From Azolla caroliniana (Eukaryota; Plantae; Polypodiophyta), in contig JBHGNT010000007.1 in NCBI GenBank assembly GCA_043228905.1, forward strand, positions 15,562,001-15,626,000: 64,000 nucleotides of DNA. The letters run 5' to 3'. Numbering within the stretch: position 1 is the stretch's first letter; every line of letters begins with the position of its first letter. Below are positions 26,274 through 39,775 of the stretch, in pieces. A program made the position numbers and the translations under genes. The notes beneath the pieces were generated by a model. The model searched no databases and was not told where the DNA came from. It saw only the letters and a program-made list of their open reading frames with translations.

Positions 26274-29200
26274 TGTTATCCTTTAGACTAGAAAAGCCCT
26301 AACACAGGGTGTCCTTATGGAACACTTCACCAAAGGGTGGTATGGTGAGATATGGATGGACCATGGTATCAAATGGGTCTTAACCGGTTTCTAATCGGCA
26401 TTGTTAATGATCATAACACACGCGTAAGATTAATTATATTAAGCATAGAACGGTAACCAAATAGACACTAAACAATATGTAAATAGCAACTCTTCTATTA
26501 ATTATCCGTCCCTGATTACATTCTTGCTGGGTCCTTTTATAGGTCTTCGGTTGAGTTACAAACCGGTGCCAACCGGCAACCGGCAACGATCCGGTCCGTA
26601 TCCGAATCGGCTTACCGATTCTGGTCCGTCCACCCGCTTCTCAAAATAACATAATATTTATTAATTACAACTCCCTATCCTAATTAAATACCCCTTTCAC
26701 ATTCTGGACTCTAACCGGCCCTTTGGCCTTGCCAGCCAACACATGGCACGCCCGTGGGATAGTACATTGTATGTCGAACCCACGGTTAGCCCTTTTCAAT
26801 CGTCTGTCAAAATGTCCAAAATGCTTTGGTCCAAGGGTTCTAGAGGTTCTTCGGGTAGTTGCTCCATTTGTTGTGGTTGTTGTTGCTCTCTGTCCTGCTC
26901 CTCCTTTCTGGCTCTAGTCCCTTCCGGGCTTCCATCTCTGGCTCATCTATTCTGGGCTCCTCCTGCTCCTAACATCCGGCTTGCACTGGCTCTTGCGGGT
27001 TGGCTAGCTTCGGTTGTCTCCCTCTGGTTTCTGCTGTGTTCGGCGTCTACTTCGGAGATTGCTCTTCGTCACTAATGTTAATTGTCATCGTTCTTCTAGC
27101 CGCCATTTGTCGTGTCCGCTCCCGTTCATATCGCTAGAACTGGAGTTGGATATCCAGCTAGTCATCATCCAGTTGTTCCACCAACCGGCCTAGCGCCACC
27201 AGTTGCACGCCAGCCAAGGATAGGAAGTCATCTGATAACTCCTCCCGTATGGTCACAATGCTTTCCGCGTCCAGTTTGTAGAAGTTATCTCCGTCCTTTT
27301 GCCGGTTCTCCGCATCCGCTCATAGGACCTGCAACTCGGGTGCCTGCTTTGCCCATTTGGACCACCACTGTACTAAACTTTCTTCAACTAACCTCTTCGT
27401 CCGGTCCCTCCATGTCAGTACAATGTCGCGAATACGGCCAAGTCCCATCTTTGACTTATCCTCCGCGGTTTGCTTTCAATCCTTTAATTGCTTTATGAGG
27501 ATCGTGGTTGCCTCAGCTTGTCCCTGATACTATATCAGTTGCATTTGCTAAGTCGTCTGAACTCTGTTCAGAGCCATCTTTGCTCGTTCCAACTCCTCAT
27601 GATGTTGCCGGGTAAGTCCATTTTGTCCTTCGCCGCTTCAGCAACATCTTTGCCGCATCGACTCCCTTTGTCCTTTCTTCCGCCAATGTCGTTGTTGTCC
27701 TGTTGACTTCATCCCGGAGTTCCCGCATCTTCTCTTGTTGTCGGTCACCTTCTGCCATCAATTTATTGTGTTCCACCTCTAGGTGCTTGTGATCCCAGTG
27801 CAACCTGTCAAAATCCTCCGTTTCCTGTTTCAACCTCTGATTGACTTGGCATCGGGCCTATCCTCACGGTCCTTCTGTTGCCGGAGTTCTTCTTGGAGCC
27901 ACTTGATCTCGACTTCCGTCGATCGCCGGAGTTTGTCCTTTTCTTGCAACAGTTTTTCTTTTTCTTCCTTCAATCGTTCATATGCTTGATGACCCTTCCG
28001 TAGATTGTCCTTGGCTTTTCAAAGGTTCTCTGTCGTTTTTCGTTGTTCTTCCTCCGCCACCTTCTTCAGGTCTCATTCTCTAGCCCTTAAGGCCTCTTGG
28101 GCTGCTAATTCCTCTCTAAGAGTGGGGAGTTCTTGTTCTTGTGCCTTATTTGTATCTGGTGTTATTTCTGTTATCGGAGTCTTCACCAAAGCCACCGGTT
28201 CTGGTAGTATTGGTCCTTCTATGACCTGCTTAGCCGCCTCTGCTTTGGCCTGCACAATTTCTTCTTCCATGCTCCTGATCCTTCACTGGGCCTTCTCAAG
28301 TTCTTCGGTTGTGGCGAACAACCGGTCCCCCTGTGCTCTCTCCTCCATTTCTATTGGGCTCATGACCCCGGCCACCTGTTCGGCGATCCACCGTAGCCAT
28401 TGACTGTCGGTGCCTTGTTGTCGTGCCGGTTCTGGTTGTGGCGTGGCCTCTATTCTCGCCAGAAGCCCTTTTTGGATTGTTGATTGTAGCGACAACTCCT
28501 GCTCTTGTTGTGCCTGCTACCCCGGTGAGGTAGGCAATTCGATTACCGGTTCTTAGACCACCGGCACTGTTGCTTCTTGCCGCACTGGTAACTCTTTCAT
28601 CAGTTCTGGTTGAACCGGTTTCGCCTCCTTTCTTGGCTCCGGTCCCTTAGAACGGGGTGTCAGTGCGTTGTCCTTTACCGGACCCGATTCGGCCCCCTTC
28701 TACTCCGCGTCGCTACGCTTCTGGCGACGTAGGAAGTTATCAGGGGGGTCTTCCTCCGCCTCCTCTTCTTGGTATCTGATATTAATCTTCGTTGCCAAGG
28801 GTTCTGATTTTAAGAGGCCTTACTAGTGGCTCCATCGGTGTCTTTGCCTCTGCTTGTTGTTTCCGGCTAGGCGGTTCATTCCCTTTTTGCGAGGTACTGC
28901 CCTCTTTCCATCCGGGCGTGTGCTTGGCCAGGAGTTGCTCCCGTTTTGAAGGTTTCTTGGGCGTGGTCTCCGTTACTCAAACCCGCTTTTTAGTCTTTAC
29001 CGGCTCCACCGAGGGCGGAAAGAAAGTCAACCATTGAGCCATGGTCGTCCATTCTTTCTTGCCGTTCTGCATTGATTTCGCCGTCCGCAAGCAATCGGCA
29101 ATTATTACCGGCCAATCCACTTGCACCCCTATGTATGTAGCAATGATGAAACCGGCTTTGTTCTTTGGCATTGCCAGGGGTCGGGGGTACAGGAACCCAT

Positions 29201-30354
29201 ACTCGTGGAGGACACGAACCACTTCTCTGAATAGGGGGTCCTCGCCGCCCTGTGTCCGGTGAGCCTTACTAGTGAGGGAATACTTGCCAAAAAACTTGGT
29301 TAGCGTTTCAGGAGAAGGGTTCTCGATGGAGTAGATGCCCCCTTCCGGCGATCCGATCAGAGCGCAGGTGGCTTCCTCCGTTATGACTTCTGTCTCGATT
29401 TTATGCACGACTTCTTCTACTTCCTCAAGAAGCCTCCCAACCCATGTTAGTTGAACCACTTCTTGGCTATTTCGGAAAGTGCCATAGGTTCCATCTCTTC
29501 GTCTGGTTCTGTGGGGGGGTAGGTAAGGCCGATGTGCTTGTATGTGCTTCTTGCTTCCACCTGCTTACTTGTATTGTCCTTTGTGCGTTGAATGCTCTGT
29601 GTTCGCGAAATGAGAGAGACTCTGCAAGGCGGAGGTTTCGTATTCCCATGCTTGGCACATTTTCTCGATTCTTGCGCATGCACGTCGTGGACTATAATAG
29701 CAACTATAATACCCATCCGGTGGTGGTCAATGAATCCTTTCCTTCGTCGTTGCTCGAGTTCCATCTACATTAGGCTCACTATTCGGTGCTCCTCCAACTC
29801 GCATAGTGTTGCTAACCGGATTTTTTCCGACTCCTTCTCGCTCAGCCACTCCCGGACCTATATCCGTAAGCTTGGAATCTGGAATTCTATTGGCATCACC
29901 GCTTTGAGACCAAATGCTAACCGGAATGTTGTTGTCCGGATACTTGTTTTGTATGTCGTCCGCTAAGCCCATAACGCGCTATGCATCTTTGTATCCCAAT
30001 CGGTTCGGTTCTCATTGACAATCTTCCGAAGAATGTTCTACAGAGTTTTATTGGTGGATTTGGCCAATCCATTGGCTTGCGGGTAATAAGGGGTGCTTCG
30101 CTTGTGTACGAGCGCATCAAATGTTGTTAGGCTTTCCACCACTTGTCAGAGGAAGTGTCCACCTTGGTCGCTAATTAATTCAATTGGACATCCATACCGG
30201 CACCAGATGTACTCGTACAAGAACTTTGTCGTCGACATCGCGGTATTGTCATGTAGTGCCTTGGCTTCCACCCATTTTGTACAGTAATCTGTGGTGACAA
30301 TTATGTACATGTTGCCGGTTCGCATTACCAGTGGCTTGAATGGTCCAACAAAGT
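26274..30354 (-). mobile_element. 3' part of a non-chromoviral Ty3/gypsy element: integrase, extra 3' ORF, PPT, 3' LTR (26274-26669)
   Basis: Integrase FVGPFKP..DYCTKWVEAKAL..LISDQGGHF..PQANG. PPT AGGATAGGGAGT, then LTR TGTAAT...ATAACA with CCTATAAAAGG. Confidence 0.85.
26740..29495 (-). pseudogene. Decayed accessory ORF between integrase and the 3' LTR (coiled-coil-rich)
   Basis: Collinear ORF pieces 28977-29459, 28283-28495, 28073-28270 and 27597-27833 in element-sense orientation. Start MEPMALSEIAKKWF near 29493. Confidence 0.6.
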
Positions 30355-30446
30355 TGTTGTCCGCTGGAATAGTAACCGACAGACAGAAGCGCAGTAATAT
30401 TAGAATATAGTAAAAGCGTAAGAAACGCATGTAACGGTTCACACGG

Positions 30447-30976
30447 TGTCACGAAGTTACGCGCGTGCGTGTAGAAGGGGCGGGACCACGGGGGTCTCGG
30501 ACTAAGGAGTAGAGGAGAAAGAATAAGACATGATATGGAGGCTTAGCTCAAGAGGAGAAGAAGAAAGAATAAGATCACCACATAGAAGGAGAGATCGGCG
30601 GAGGTAAGATACTCAACAAGATATATTAAAACAAACGAATGATTACAACAATGGTGGCCGCATGGGCCGCACCAAACGACTATGAGAAAACCCTAACCGA
30701 AGATGAATAAGGAAAACCCTAAACGAAACCCTACCCTAAAACGCTAAGAGCTGTAGACTAAGTGGTAAACCTTTCATACGCAAAATAGGCAACCCCTTCA
30801 TAAGTGACCCCTCCCTTCCTTTTATAGCCCAAGGAGGGAGGGACCTTACAATGTGGGATAAAATTTCCCCTCTTCTTTCTACACACCATTTCCTAGTATA
30901 CATGTGCACATGTTGCACACCACCGTTTTGCCCATTCCACCCCGGTTTCACACTATAGCCGGAAATCTTCACGACA
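30447..30976 (-). mobile_element. Solo LTR nested in a gypsy 5' LTR
   Basis: Ends TGTCACGAAG / CTTCACGACA. Minus-strand GGGCTATAAAAGG near 30820-30830. TSD degenerate (ACGG/GCGA). Confidence 0.7.
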
Positions 30977-33900
30977 GCGAGAAGCGTGAACAGCTAAAAG
31001 TCCTTGTGTATATAAAGGGCCGAAATCCTTTGTAAGAGGTAGCGTGTAATTTTGGTGCATAGAGCGTTATTCTAATAGAATACTATCTTCTCTGATTTCG
31101 GTGCATACTTGTGGTTTTAGCTACTATGTCTTTGTTCTCTGTTGCGTACTATTAATCGTAAAGGTGTAGGCGTAAGTGCGGATACTAGTGCACTTCCTAA
31201 GGAGTCGGTTGTAGCCGTCTCCCTTATAGACTAAGAGGATACGAGGAAGTATCCCATTATGTAGTATGGTACGACGGTACCATTCCTTGCAACGCAGTCA
31301 CCTTGAGGTCTAGGTCGAAGGATTGACCGTAGACAGTGTTCCTAATCGGTAACACGTTCGACACGCCTGGTGATCTGTGTCTTCTCACAAACGAACAGCG
31401 ACGAATGGATGTTTAGCCGATGACGTCCCAAAGAGCCAACATGACACGACCGACCAGTAACAAGGTCCATCACACGCCAGGCAGAGGAACACGCAAGGAA
31501 AAAACCTCACCTCAGTGACCTCAGTGATATCTGTCGGGACCACAAAATCGCCTTCCCACTCACCAAATACCCCGGCGACATGCAGGAAGTTCTGTCACCA
31601 CACAAGTACGGTGGTCTTCCCTTGCCCCCTGTAGCGTCCAACATGGCCTTATCCTATCCCCGCTTCAACGGCGAAACAAACACCGCAACCCACATTCGCC
31701 TGTTCCTGAATGTCTGGAATACGAATCACATGGCGCAGAGACTTCCAAAAGAGGTAACGCACCATTCCAAAATGACAGAGTTTGGATTAATGTTGGATGG
31801 TAGAGCTGCATTTTGGCATTCGCAGATGGATCTGCCAGCAATCACGACCTTCGACCAACTGCAGTTGGCCTTTCTGCGGTTCTTTCATCGGAGGGTGCCG
31901 CAACGCAAAATCCTCGGGCAGTTCTATACAATCAAACAGTTGCCAACCGAGACTGTCATGGACTTCAGTTTGAGCTTCCAAAATCTGCGGCAGAAATTAG
32001 GACAGGGCCCGACAGAGGACGAGGCTCGGGAGACCTTTCTGGCAGCCTTACGTCGACCAATACGGACGACGCTCAACAACAATAGCATGATAGGAGAAAC
32101 AACTGATATGGTCATAGAATGAGCATTACAGCTCGAGCTAGACGAAGAAGAGGAAAGGTTTTCTATGTCCTCATTACAACAAGCGTTACCTCAGGACGAG
32201 GAACGACATTTTCGCCAAGCAATCCAATGCACGATTTGCCTCAATCCTGGACATTCCACAATGGAATGCAACATGCGAATCCACTGCCCAATCTGTCACT
32301 CGAAAGCACACATGGTCGAGCAGTGTGAGTACAATATGTTGAACAGACCCACGTCCACAGTACGAAACGTAGAAACACAGCGACCACCTTGCCGTAATGA
32401 TCAAAGGTGCCAAGAAGAACGACCCTGGTATACGGATCAGAATCCACGCGATGGCCGGCACTACCGGAATCGCTGGAATAACAATGATTCCGAGGAAGAA
32501 GAACCAGAGGACGAAGACTACCAGGGAAACCGCAGATATAATAAAGGAGGACGACGTTACAAAAATCAGCGTCCGGCGAACAAACGTGGTGGCTTCAATG
32601 GGCCTCGCAGGAAACATCGACAGTATAGGGACCAACGGCATTACGACGAAAGTTTGGACGATGACCGGCACCAGGAGCCGCGTCGGGACCAACAACAACC
32701 ACCACGGACTTTCAGAAGAATGAACCAAGATCGGGAGGACCAAGTCACACCTGGGGATAGGAACACGCCACCAGCTGCCGAGAAAGGCGAATCCAGCGTC
32801 CATTGTTTCGTTTGCCAACAGCCCGGACATTATGCCACTCAATGTCCACACTGCAAGGGCAAGGGCCCCGCCGTCAAAACAATTATGGCGGAAGTTCAGC
32901 AAGTTACGACAAGACAGCAAACGAAAAATGTTGATTGGGCCGTGCAAGATGAGATACGTCAAACAGCCCAAGCATGGGTCGAAAAAGTGAATGCGGCCAA
33001 TATGGAATGCATGCGGTAGGAGTCCGCGAACAATGTTGGGCCATTGGAGGAAGACGTAATATCTCTGGATCCCATATGGCAAGCACTAGCATGTTGCGAA
33101 ATAACACTGACCATGGAGAAGCGACTTCAACTAGTTTCACGGTTCCGCCAAGCCGTAGAGGATCGCATAACAGGTAGACCTGGGGTAAGTGTCTCCGCCA
33201 ACTTTACGGACACTAGCGCCGGACCACAATCCAGCTATTAAGTTGGTATTACAGGGTCAGGAAATCACAAGATGTGTAATCGACGGAGGCTCTAGTGTTA
33301 ATGTAATTAGCATGAAGACATGCGAACAATTGGGAATTTCAGAATGGGAAGCTTGCCCGTTTTGGCTTCGCATGGCGGATACCTGCTCAGTAAAGCATTT
33401 AGGCTTAATCCGAAAATTAGGCATCATCATCGGCGGACATCGCTTCGACATCTCGGTGGTAGTCCTCGCCCTCGACGCCCCAGGAGCATATCCTATGTTG
33501 CTTGGCAAACCTTGGCTTCATTCGGCAAATATCAAACAGAGCTAGCAACATAAGTGCATCACTTTTTGACGCGGACGCACCAAGGTTCGCGTACCCACAG
33601 AGGAAATAGCGACACAACCCAAGGGGATAACACCGTTATACGCGGAAGATATAAATATGTTGGATGGGGTGGATGATATAGAATTAGAAGCATACCTCGA
33701 CGAGCACCCCCGAATCATTCCGCTATTCGAAATCGACGTAATAGAAACCGTGGCGGATTACACCACGCCTACTGCGCTCCACGACAAGGCTTATGAACCA
33801 GACCCAGAGTCGATATTAGAATTAAGCAGAGCACAGGCGACGTTCGAGAGGGAAATGAAAATTTCACGACGAGTCGTTGCCTTAGCCTAAGAAGAAGTGA

Positions 33901-34100
33901 ATGTAGGTACGGCGTCAGACCCCCGATTCCTCTCCATCACAAAAGAGTTACTACCAGATCAAAGAGAGGCGATGATAGCACTGCTCATGAAGTATAAAGA
34001 TGTGTTCACTTGGTCCCATGAGGACATGAAGGGATTAGATCCGAAGTTCTATCAACATAAGATCAATTTAGCGACCAATGCGAAACCAGTCCAACAACGT

Positions 34101-34879
34101 TGTCGTGCCTTTCGGCTCCGGATCGTTTGCATGAGTCGGGTGGGAACCACTGGGGTTTTGGACTAGGAGAAAGAAGAATATGAGATGAGGCTAGTAATGA
34201 ATAGATTATTAGAAAGAGAGATAGAAATTTCGTGAATCCCACGAGTGTATTGTATTCGATTAATCAATATTTAGATAAGAATATGTATTTAGATTGAAAG
34301 AAAGATATAAGAAACTTGTGAATCCCACAAGTATAGATTATTTTCATGAATCCCACGATTATATTAATCGGTTGGTGTTTTCGGAAATATATCCAATTTC
34401 CAAATATTTCACAGACCTATTACATTGTGCTCCCCATCCTTATGTAGTGATGGGAGAGACTAAGCATAGCTACATGCTTTTTTCTAATATGTTCATGCAC
34501 ACTAAATGTGCATGTGATGCTTTTCTAATCCTTACTTTTATTTGCTAAATATAGTGCTCATGCACACTAGATGTGCATGACTCACTTTTTAGTTGCTTGC
34601 GTTTTTCTATAAAATCTTCACGCACTCTAAAAATGCATGATTTACCTTTTAATAAAGGTAGGCGCAAATAAAGCACTTATAGTTATTAAATCTATTTGTA
34701 AAACACTAAAGATAAGGTAGCATAATGGTAAAGTTGAGGCTATGTGGAGGTATAGGGTTCAAATCTTGCCCTATGCATGTGATAAATATTTTGATATTCT
34801 TATTTTTTTTATTTATATGTAATTAAATCGGTTATATTATTTTTACTTTTTCACATTGTGTACGAAATACACTACGACA
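34101..34879 (-). mobile_element. Solo LTR (779 bp) inserted in gypsy pol, copy 1
   Basis: Sense TGTCGTAGTG...GGCACGACA. Removing it and one 4-bp TSD copy (ACGT/GCGT) restores KPVQQRQYCMNPNY. Confidence 0.9.
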
Positions 34880-36548
34880 GCGTCAATACTGCATGAATCC
34901 AAATTACGCGGCTCGCGTAAAAGAGGAAACAATGATTCCGAGGAAGAAGAACCAGAGGACGAAGACTACCAGGGAAACCGCAGATATAATAAAGGAGGAC
35001 GACGTTACAAAAATCAGCGTCCGGCGAACAAACGTGGTGGCTTCAATGGGCCTCGCAGGAAACATCGACAGTATAGGGACCAACGGCATTACGACGAAAG
35101 TTTGGACGATGACCGGCACCAGGAGCCGCGTCGGGACCAACAACAACCACCACGGACTTTCAGAAGAATGAACCAAGATCGGGAGGACCAAGTCACACCT
35201 GGGGATAGGAACACGCCACCAGCTGCCGAGAAAGGCGAATCCAGCGTCCATTGTTTCGTTTGCCAACAGCCCGGACATTATGCCACTCAATGTCCACACT
35301 GCAAGGGCAAGGGCCCCGCCGTCAAAACAATTATGGCGGAAGTTCAGCAAGTTACGACAAGACAGCAAACGAAAAATGTTGATTGGGCCGTGCAAGATGA
35401 GATACGTCAAACAGCCCAAGCATGGGTCGAAAAAGTGAATGCGGCCAATATGGAATGCATGCGGTAGGAGTCCGCGAACAATGTTGGGCCATTGGAGGAA
35501 GACGTAATATCTCTGGATCCCATATGGCAAGCACTAGCATGTTGCGAAATAACACTGACCATGGAGAAGCGACTTCAACTAGTTTCACGGTTCCGCCAAG
35601 CCGTAGAGGATCGCATAACAGGTAGACCTGGGGTAAGTGTCTCCGCCAACTTTACGGACACTAGCGCCGGACCACAATCCAGCTATTAAGTTGGTATTAC
35701 AGGGTCAGGAAATCACAAGATGTGTAATCGACGGAGGCTCTAGTGTTAATGTAATTAGCATGAAGACATGCGAACAATTGGGAATTTCAGAATGGGAAGC
35801 TTGCCCGTTTTGGCTTCGCATGGCGGATACCTGCTCAGTAAAGCATTTAGGCTTAATCCGAAAATTAGGCATCATCATCGGCGGACATCGCTTCGACATC
35901 TCGGTGGTAGTCCTCGCCCTCGACGCCCCAGGAGCATATCCTATGTTGCTTGGCAAACCTTGGCTTCATTCGGCAAATATCAAACAGAGCTAGCAACATA
36001 AGTGCATCACTTTTTGACGCGGACGCACCAAGGTTCGCGTACCCACAGAGGAAATAGCGACACAACCCAAGGGGATAACACCGTTATACGCGGAAGATAT
36101 AAATATGTTGGATGGGGTGGATGATATAGAATTAGAAGCATACCTCGACGAGCACCCCCGAATCATTCCGCTATTCGAAATCGACGTAATAGAAACCGTG
36201 GCGGATTACACCACGCCTACTGCGCTCCACGACAAGGCTTATGAACCAGACCCAGAGTCGATATTAGAATTAAGCAGAGCACAGGCGACGTTCGAGAGGG
36301 AAATGAAAATTTCACGACGAGTCGTTGCCTTAGCCTAAGAAGAAGTGAATGTAGGTACGGCGTCAGACCCCCGATTCCTCTCCATCACAAAAGAGTTACT
36401 ACCAGATCAAAGAGAGGCGATGATAGCACTGCTCATGAAGTATAAAGATGTGTTCACTTGGTCCCATGAGGACATGAAGGGATTAGATCCGAAGTTCTAT
36501 CAACATAAGATCAATTTAGCGACCAATGCGAAACCAGTCCAACAACGT

Positions 36549-37327
36549 TGTCGTGCCTTTCGGCTCCGGATCGTTTGCATGAGTCGGGTGGGAACCACTG
36601 GGGTTTTGGACTAGGAGAAAGAAGAATATGAGATGAGGCTAGTAATGAATAGATTATTAGAAAGAGAGATAGAAATTTCGTGAATCCCACGAGTGTATTG
36701 TATTCGATTAATCAATATTTAGATAAGAATATGTATTTAGATTGAAAGAAAGATATAAGAAACTTGTGAATCCCACAAGTATAGATTATTTTCATGAATC
36801 CCACGATTATATTAATCGGTTGGTGTTTTCGGAAATATATCCAATTTCCAAATATTTCACAGACCTATTACATTGTGCTCCCCATCCTTATGTAGTGATG
36901 GGAGAGACTAAGCATAGCTACATGCTTTTTTCTAATATGTTCATGCACACTAAATGTGCATGTGATGCTTTTCTAATCCTTACTTTTATTTGCTAAATAT
37001 AGTGCTCATGCACACTAGATGTGCATGACTCACTTTTTAGTTGCTTGCGTTTTTCTATAAAATCTTCACGCACTCTAAAAATGCATGATTTACCTTTTAA
37101 TAAAGGTAGGCGCAAATAAAGCACTTATAGTTATTAAATCTATTTGTAAAACACTAAAGATAAGGTAGCATAATGGTAAAGTTGAGGCTATGTGGAGGTA
37201 TAGGGTTCAAATCTTGCCCTATGCATGTGATAAATATTTTGATATTCTTATTTTTTTTATTTATATGTAATTAAATCGGTTATATTATTTTTACTTTTTC
37301 ACATTGTGTACGAAATACACTACGACA
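36549..37327 (-). mobile_element. Solo LTR, copy 2 (product of the triplication)
   Basis: Same sequence as 34101-34879. Confidence 0.9.
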
Positions 37328-38996
37328 GCGTCAATACTGCATGAATCCAAATTACGCGGCTCGCGTAAAAGAGGAAACAATGATTCCGAGGAAGAAGAAC
37401 CAGAGGACGAAGACTACCAGGGAAACCGCAGATATAATAAAGGAGGACGACGTTACAAAAATCAGCGTCCGGCGAACAAACGTGGTGGCTTCAATGGGCC
37501 TCGCAGGAAACATCGACAGTATAGGGACCAACGGCATTACGACGAAAGTTTGGACGATGACCGGCACCAGGAGCCGCGTCGGGACCAACAACAACCACCA
37601 CGGACTTTCAGAAGAATGAACCAAGATCGGGAGGACCAAGTCACACCTGGGGATAGGAACACGCCACCAGCTGCCGAGAAAGGCGAATCCAGCGTCCATT
37701 GTTTCGTTTGCCAACAGCCCGGACATTATGCCACTCAATGTCCACACTGCAAGGGCAAGGGCCCCGCCGTCAAAACAATTATGGCGGAAGTTCAGCAAGT
37801 TACGACAAGACAGCAAACGAAAAATGTTGATTGGGCCGTGCAAGATGAGATACGTCAAACAGCCCAAGCATGGGTCGAAAAAGTGAATGCGGCCAATATG
37901 GAATGCATGCGGTAGGAGTCCGCGAACAATGTTGGGCCATTGGAGGAAGACGTAATATCTCTGGATCCCATATGGCAAGCACTAGCATGTTGCGAAATAA
38001 CACTGACCATGGAGAAGCGACTTCAACTAGTTTCACGGTTCCGCCAAGCCGTAGAGGATCGCATAACAGGTAGACCTGGGGTAAGTGTCTCCGCCAACTT
38101 TACGGACACTAGCGCCGGACCACAATCCAGCTATTAAGTTGGTATTACAGGGTCAGGAAATCACAAGATGTGTAATCGACGGAGGCTCTAGTGTTAATGT
38201 AATTAGCATGAAGACATGCGAACAATTGGGAATTTCAGAATGGGAAGCTTGCCCGTTTTGGCTTCGCATGGCGGATACCTGCTCAGTAAAGCATTTAGGC
38301 TTAATCCGAAAATTAGGCATCATCATCGGCGGACATCGCTTCGACATCTCGGTGGTAGTCCTCGCCCTCGACGCCCCAGGAGCATATCCTATGTTGCTTG
38401 GCAAACCTTGGCTTCATTCGGCAAATATCAAACAGAGCTAGCAACATAAGTGCATCACTTTTTGACGCGGACGCACCAAGGTTCGCGTACCCACAGAGGA
38501 AATAGCGACACAACCCAAGGGGATAACACCGTTATACGCGGAAGATATAAATATGTTGGATGGGGTGGATGATATAGAATTAGAAGCATACCTCGACGAG
38601 CACCCCCGAATCATTCCGCTATTCGAAATCGACGTAATAGAAACCGTGGCGGATTACACCACGCCTACTGCGCTCCACGACAAGGCTTATGAACCAGACC
38701 CAGAGTCGATATTAGAATTAAGCAGAGCACAGGCGACGTTCGAGAGGGAAATGAAAATTTCACGACGAGTCGTTGCCTTAGCCTAAGAAGAAGTGAATGT
38801 AGGTACGGCGTCAGACCCCCGATTCCTCTCCATCACAAAAGAGTTACTACCAGATCAAAGAGAGGCGATGATAGCACTGCTCATGAAGTATAAAGATGTG
38901 TTCACTTGGTCCCATGAGGACATGAAGGGATTAGATCCGAAGTTCTATCAACATAAGATCAATTTAGCGACCAATGCGAAACCAGTCCAACAACGT

Positions 38997-39775
38997 TGTC
39001 GTGCCTTTCGGCTCCGGATCGTTTGCATGAGTCGGGTGGGAACCACTGGGGTTTTGGACTAGGAGAAAGAAGAATATGAGATGAGGCTAGTAATGAATAG
39101 ATTATTAGAAAGAGAGATAGAAATTTCGTGAATCCCACGAGTGTATTGTATTCGATTAATCAATATTTAGATAAGAATATGTATTTAGATTGAAAGAAAG
39201 ATATAAGAAACTTGTGAATCCCACAAGTATAGATTATTTTCATGAATCCCACGATTATATTAATCGGTTGGTGTTTTCGGAAATATATCCAATTTCCAAA
39301 TATTTCACAGACCTATTACATTGTGCTCCCCATCCTTATGTAGTGATGGGAGAGACTAAGCATAGCTACATGCTTTTTTCTAATATGTTCATGCACACTA
39401 AATGTGCATGTGATGCTTTTCTAATCCTTACTTTTATTTGCTAAATATAGTGCTCATGCACACTAGATGTGCATGACTCACTTTTTAGTTGCTTGCGTTT
39501 TTCTATAAAATCTTCACGCACTCTAAAAATGCATGATTTACCTTTTAATAAAGGTAGGCGCAAATAAAGCACTTATAGTTATTAAATCTATTTGTAAAAC
39601 ACTAAAGATAAGGTAGCATAATGGTAAAGTTGAGGCTATGTGGAGGTATAGGGTTCAAATCTTGCCCTATGCATGTGATAAATATTTTGATATTCTTATT
39701 TTATTTATTTATATGTAATTAAATCGGTTATATTATTTTTACTTTTTCACATTGTGTACGAAATACACTACGACA
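38997..39775 (-). mobile_element. Solo LTR, copy 3 (product of the triplication)
   Basis: Same as 34101-34879 except position 39703. Confidence 0.9.

Noticed and set aside
32186-33082. 298-aa and 208-aa antisense ORFs over gag (also 34904 and 37352)
   Set aside because: TTG start and no recognisable domain; explained as the stop-poor shadow of low-complexity gag.
34856-35467. Chimeric 203-aa zinc-knuckle ORF as a new gene
   Set aside because: By-product of the triplication junction, TTG start, and no evidence of expression.
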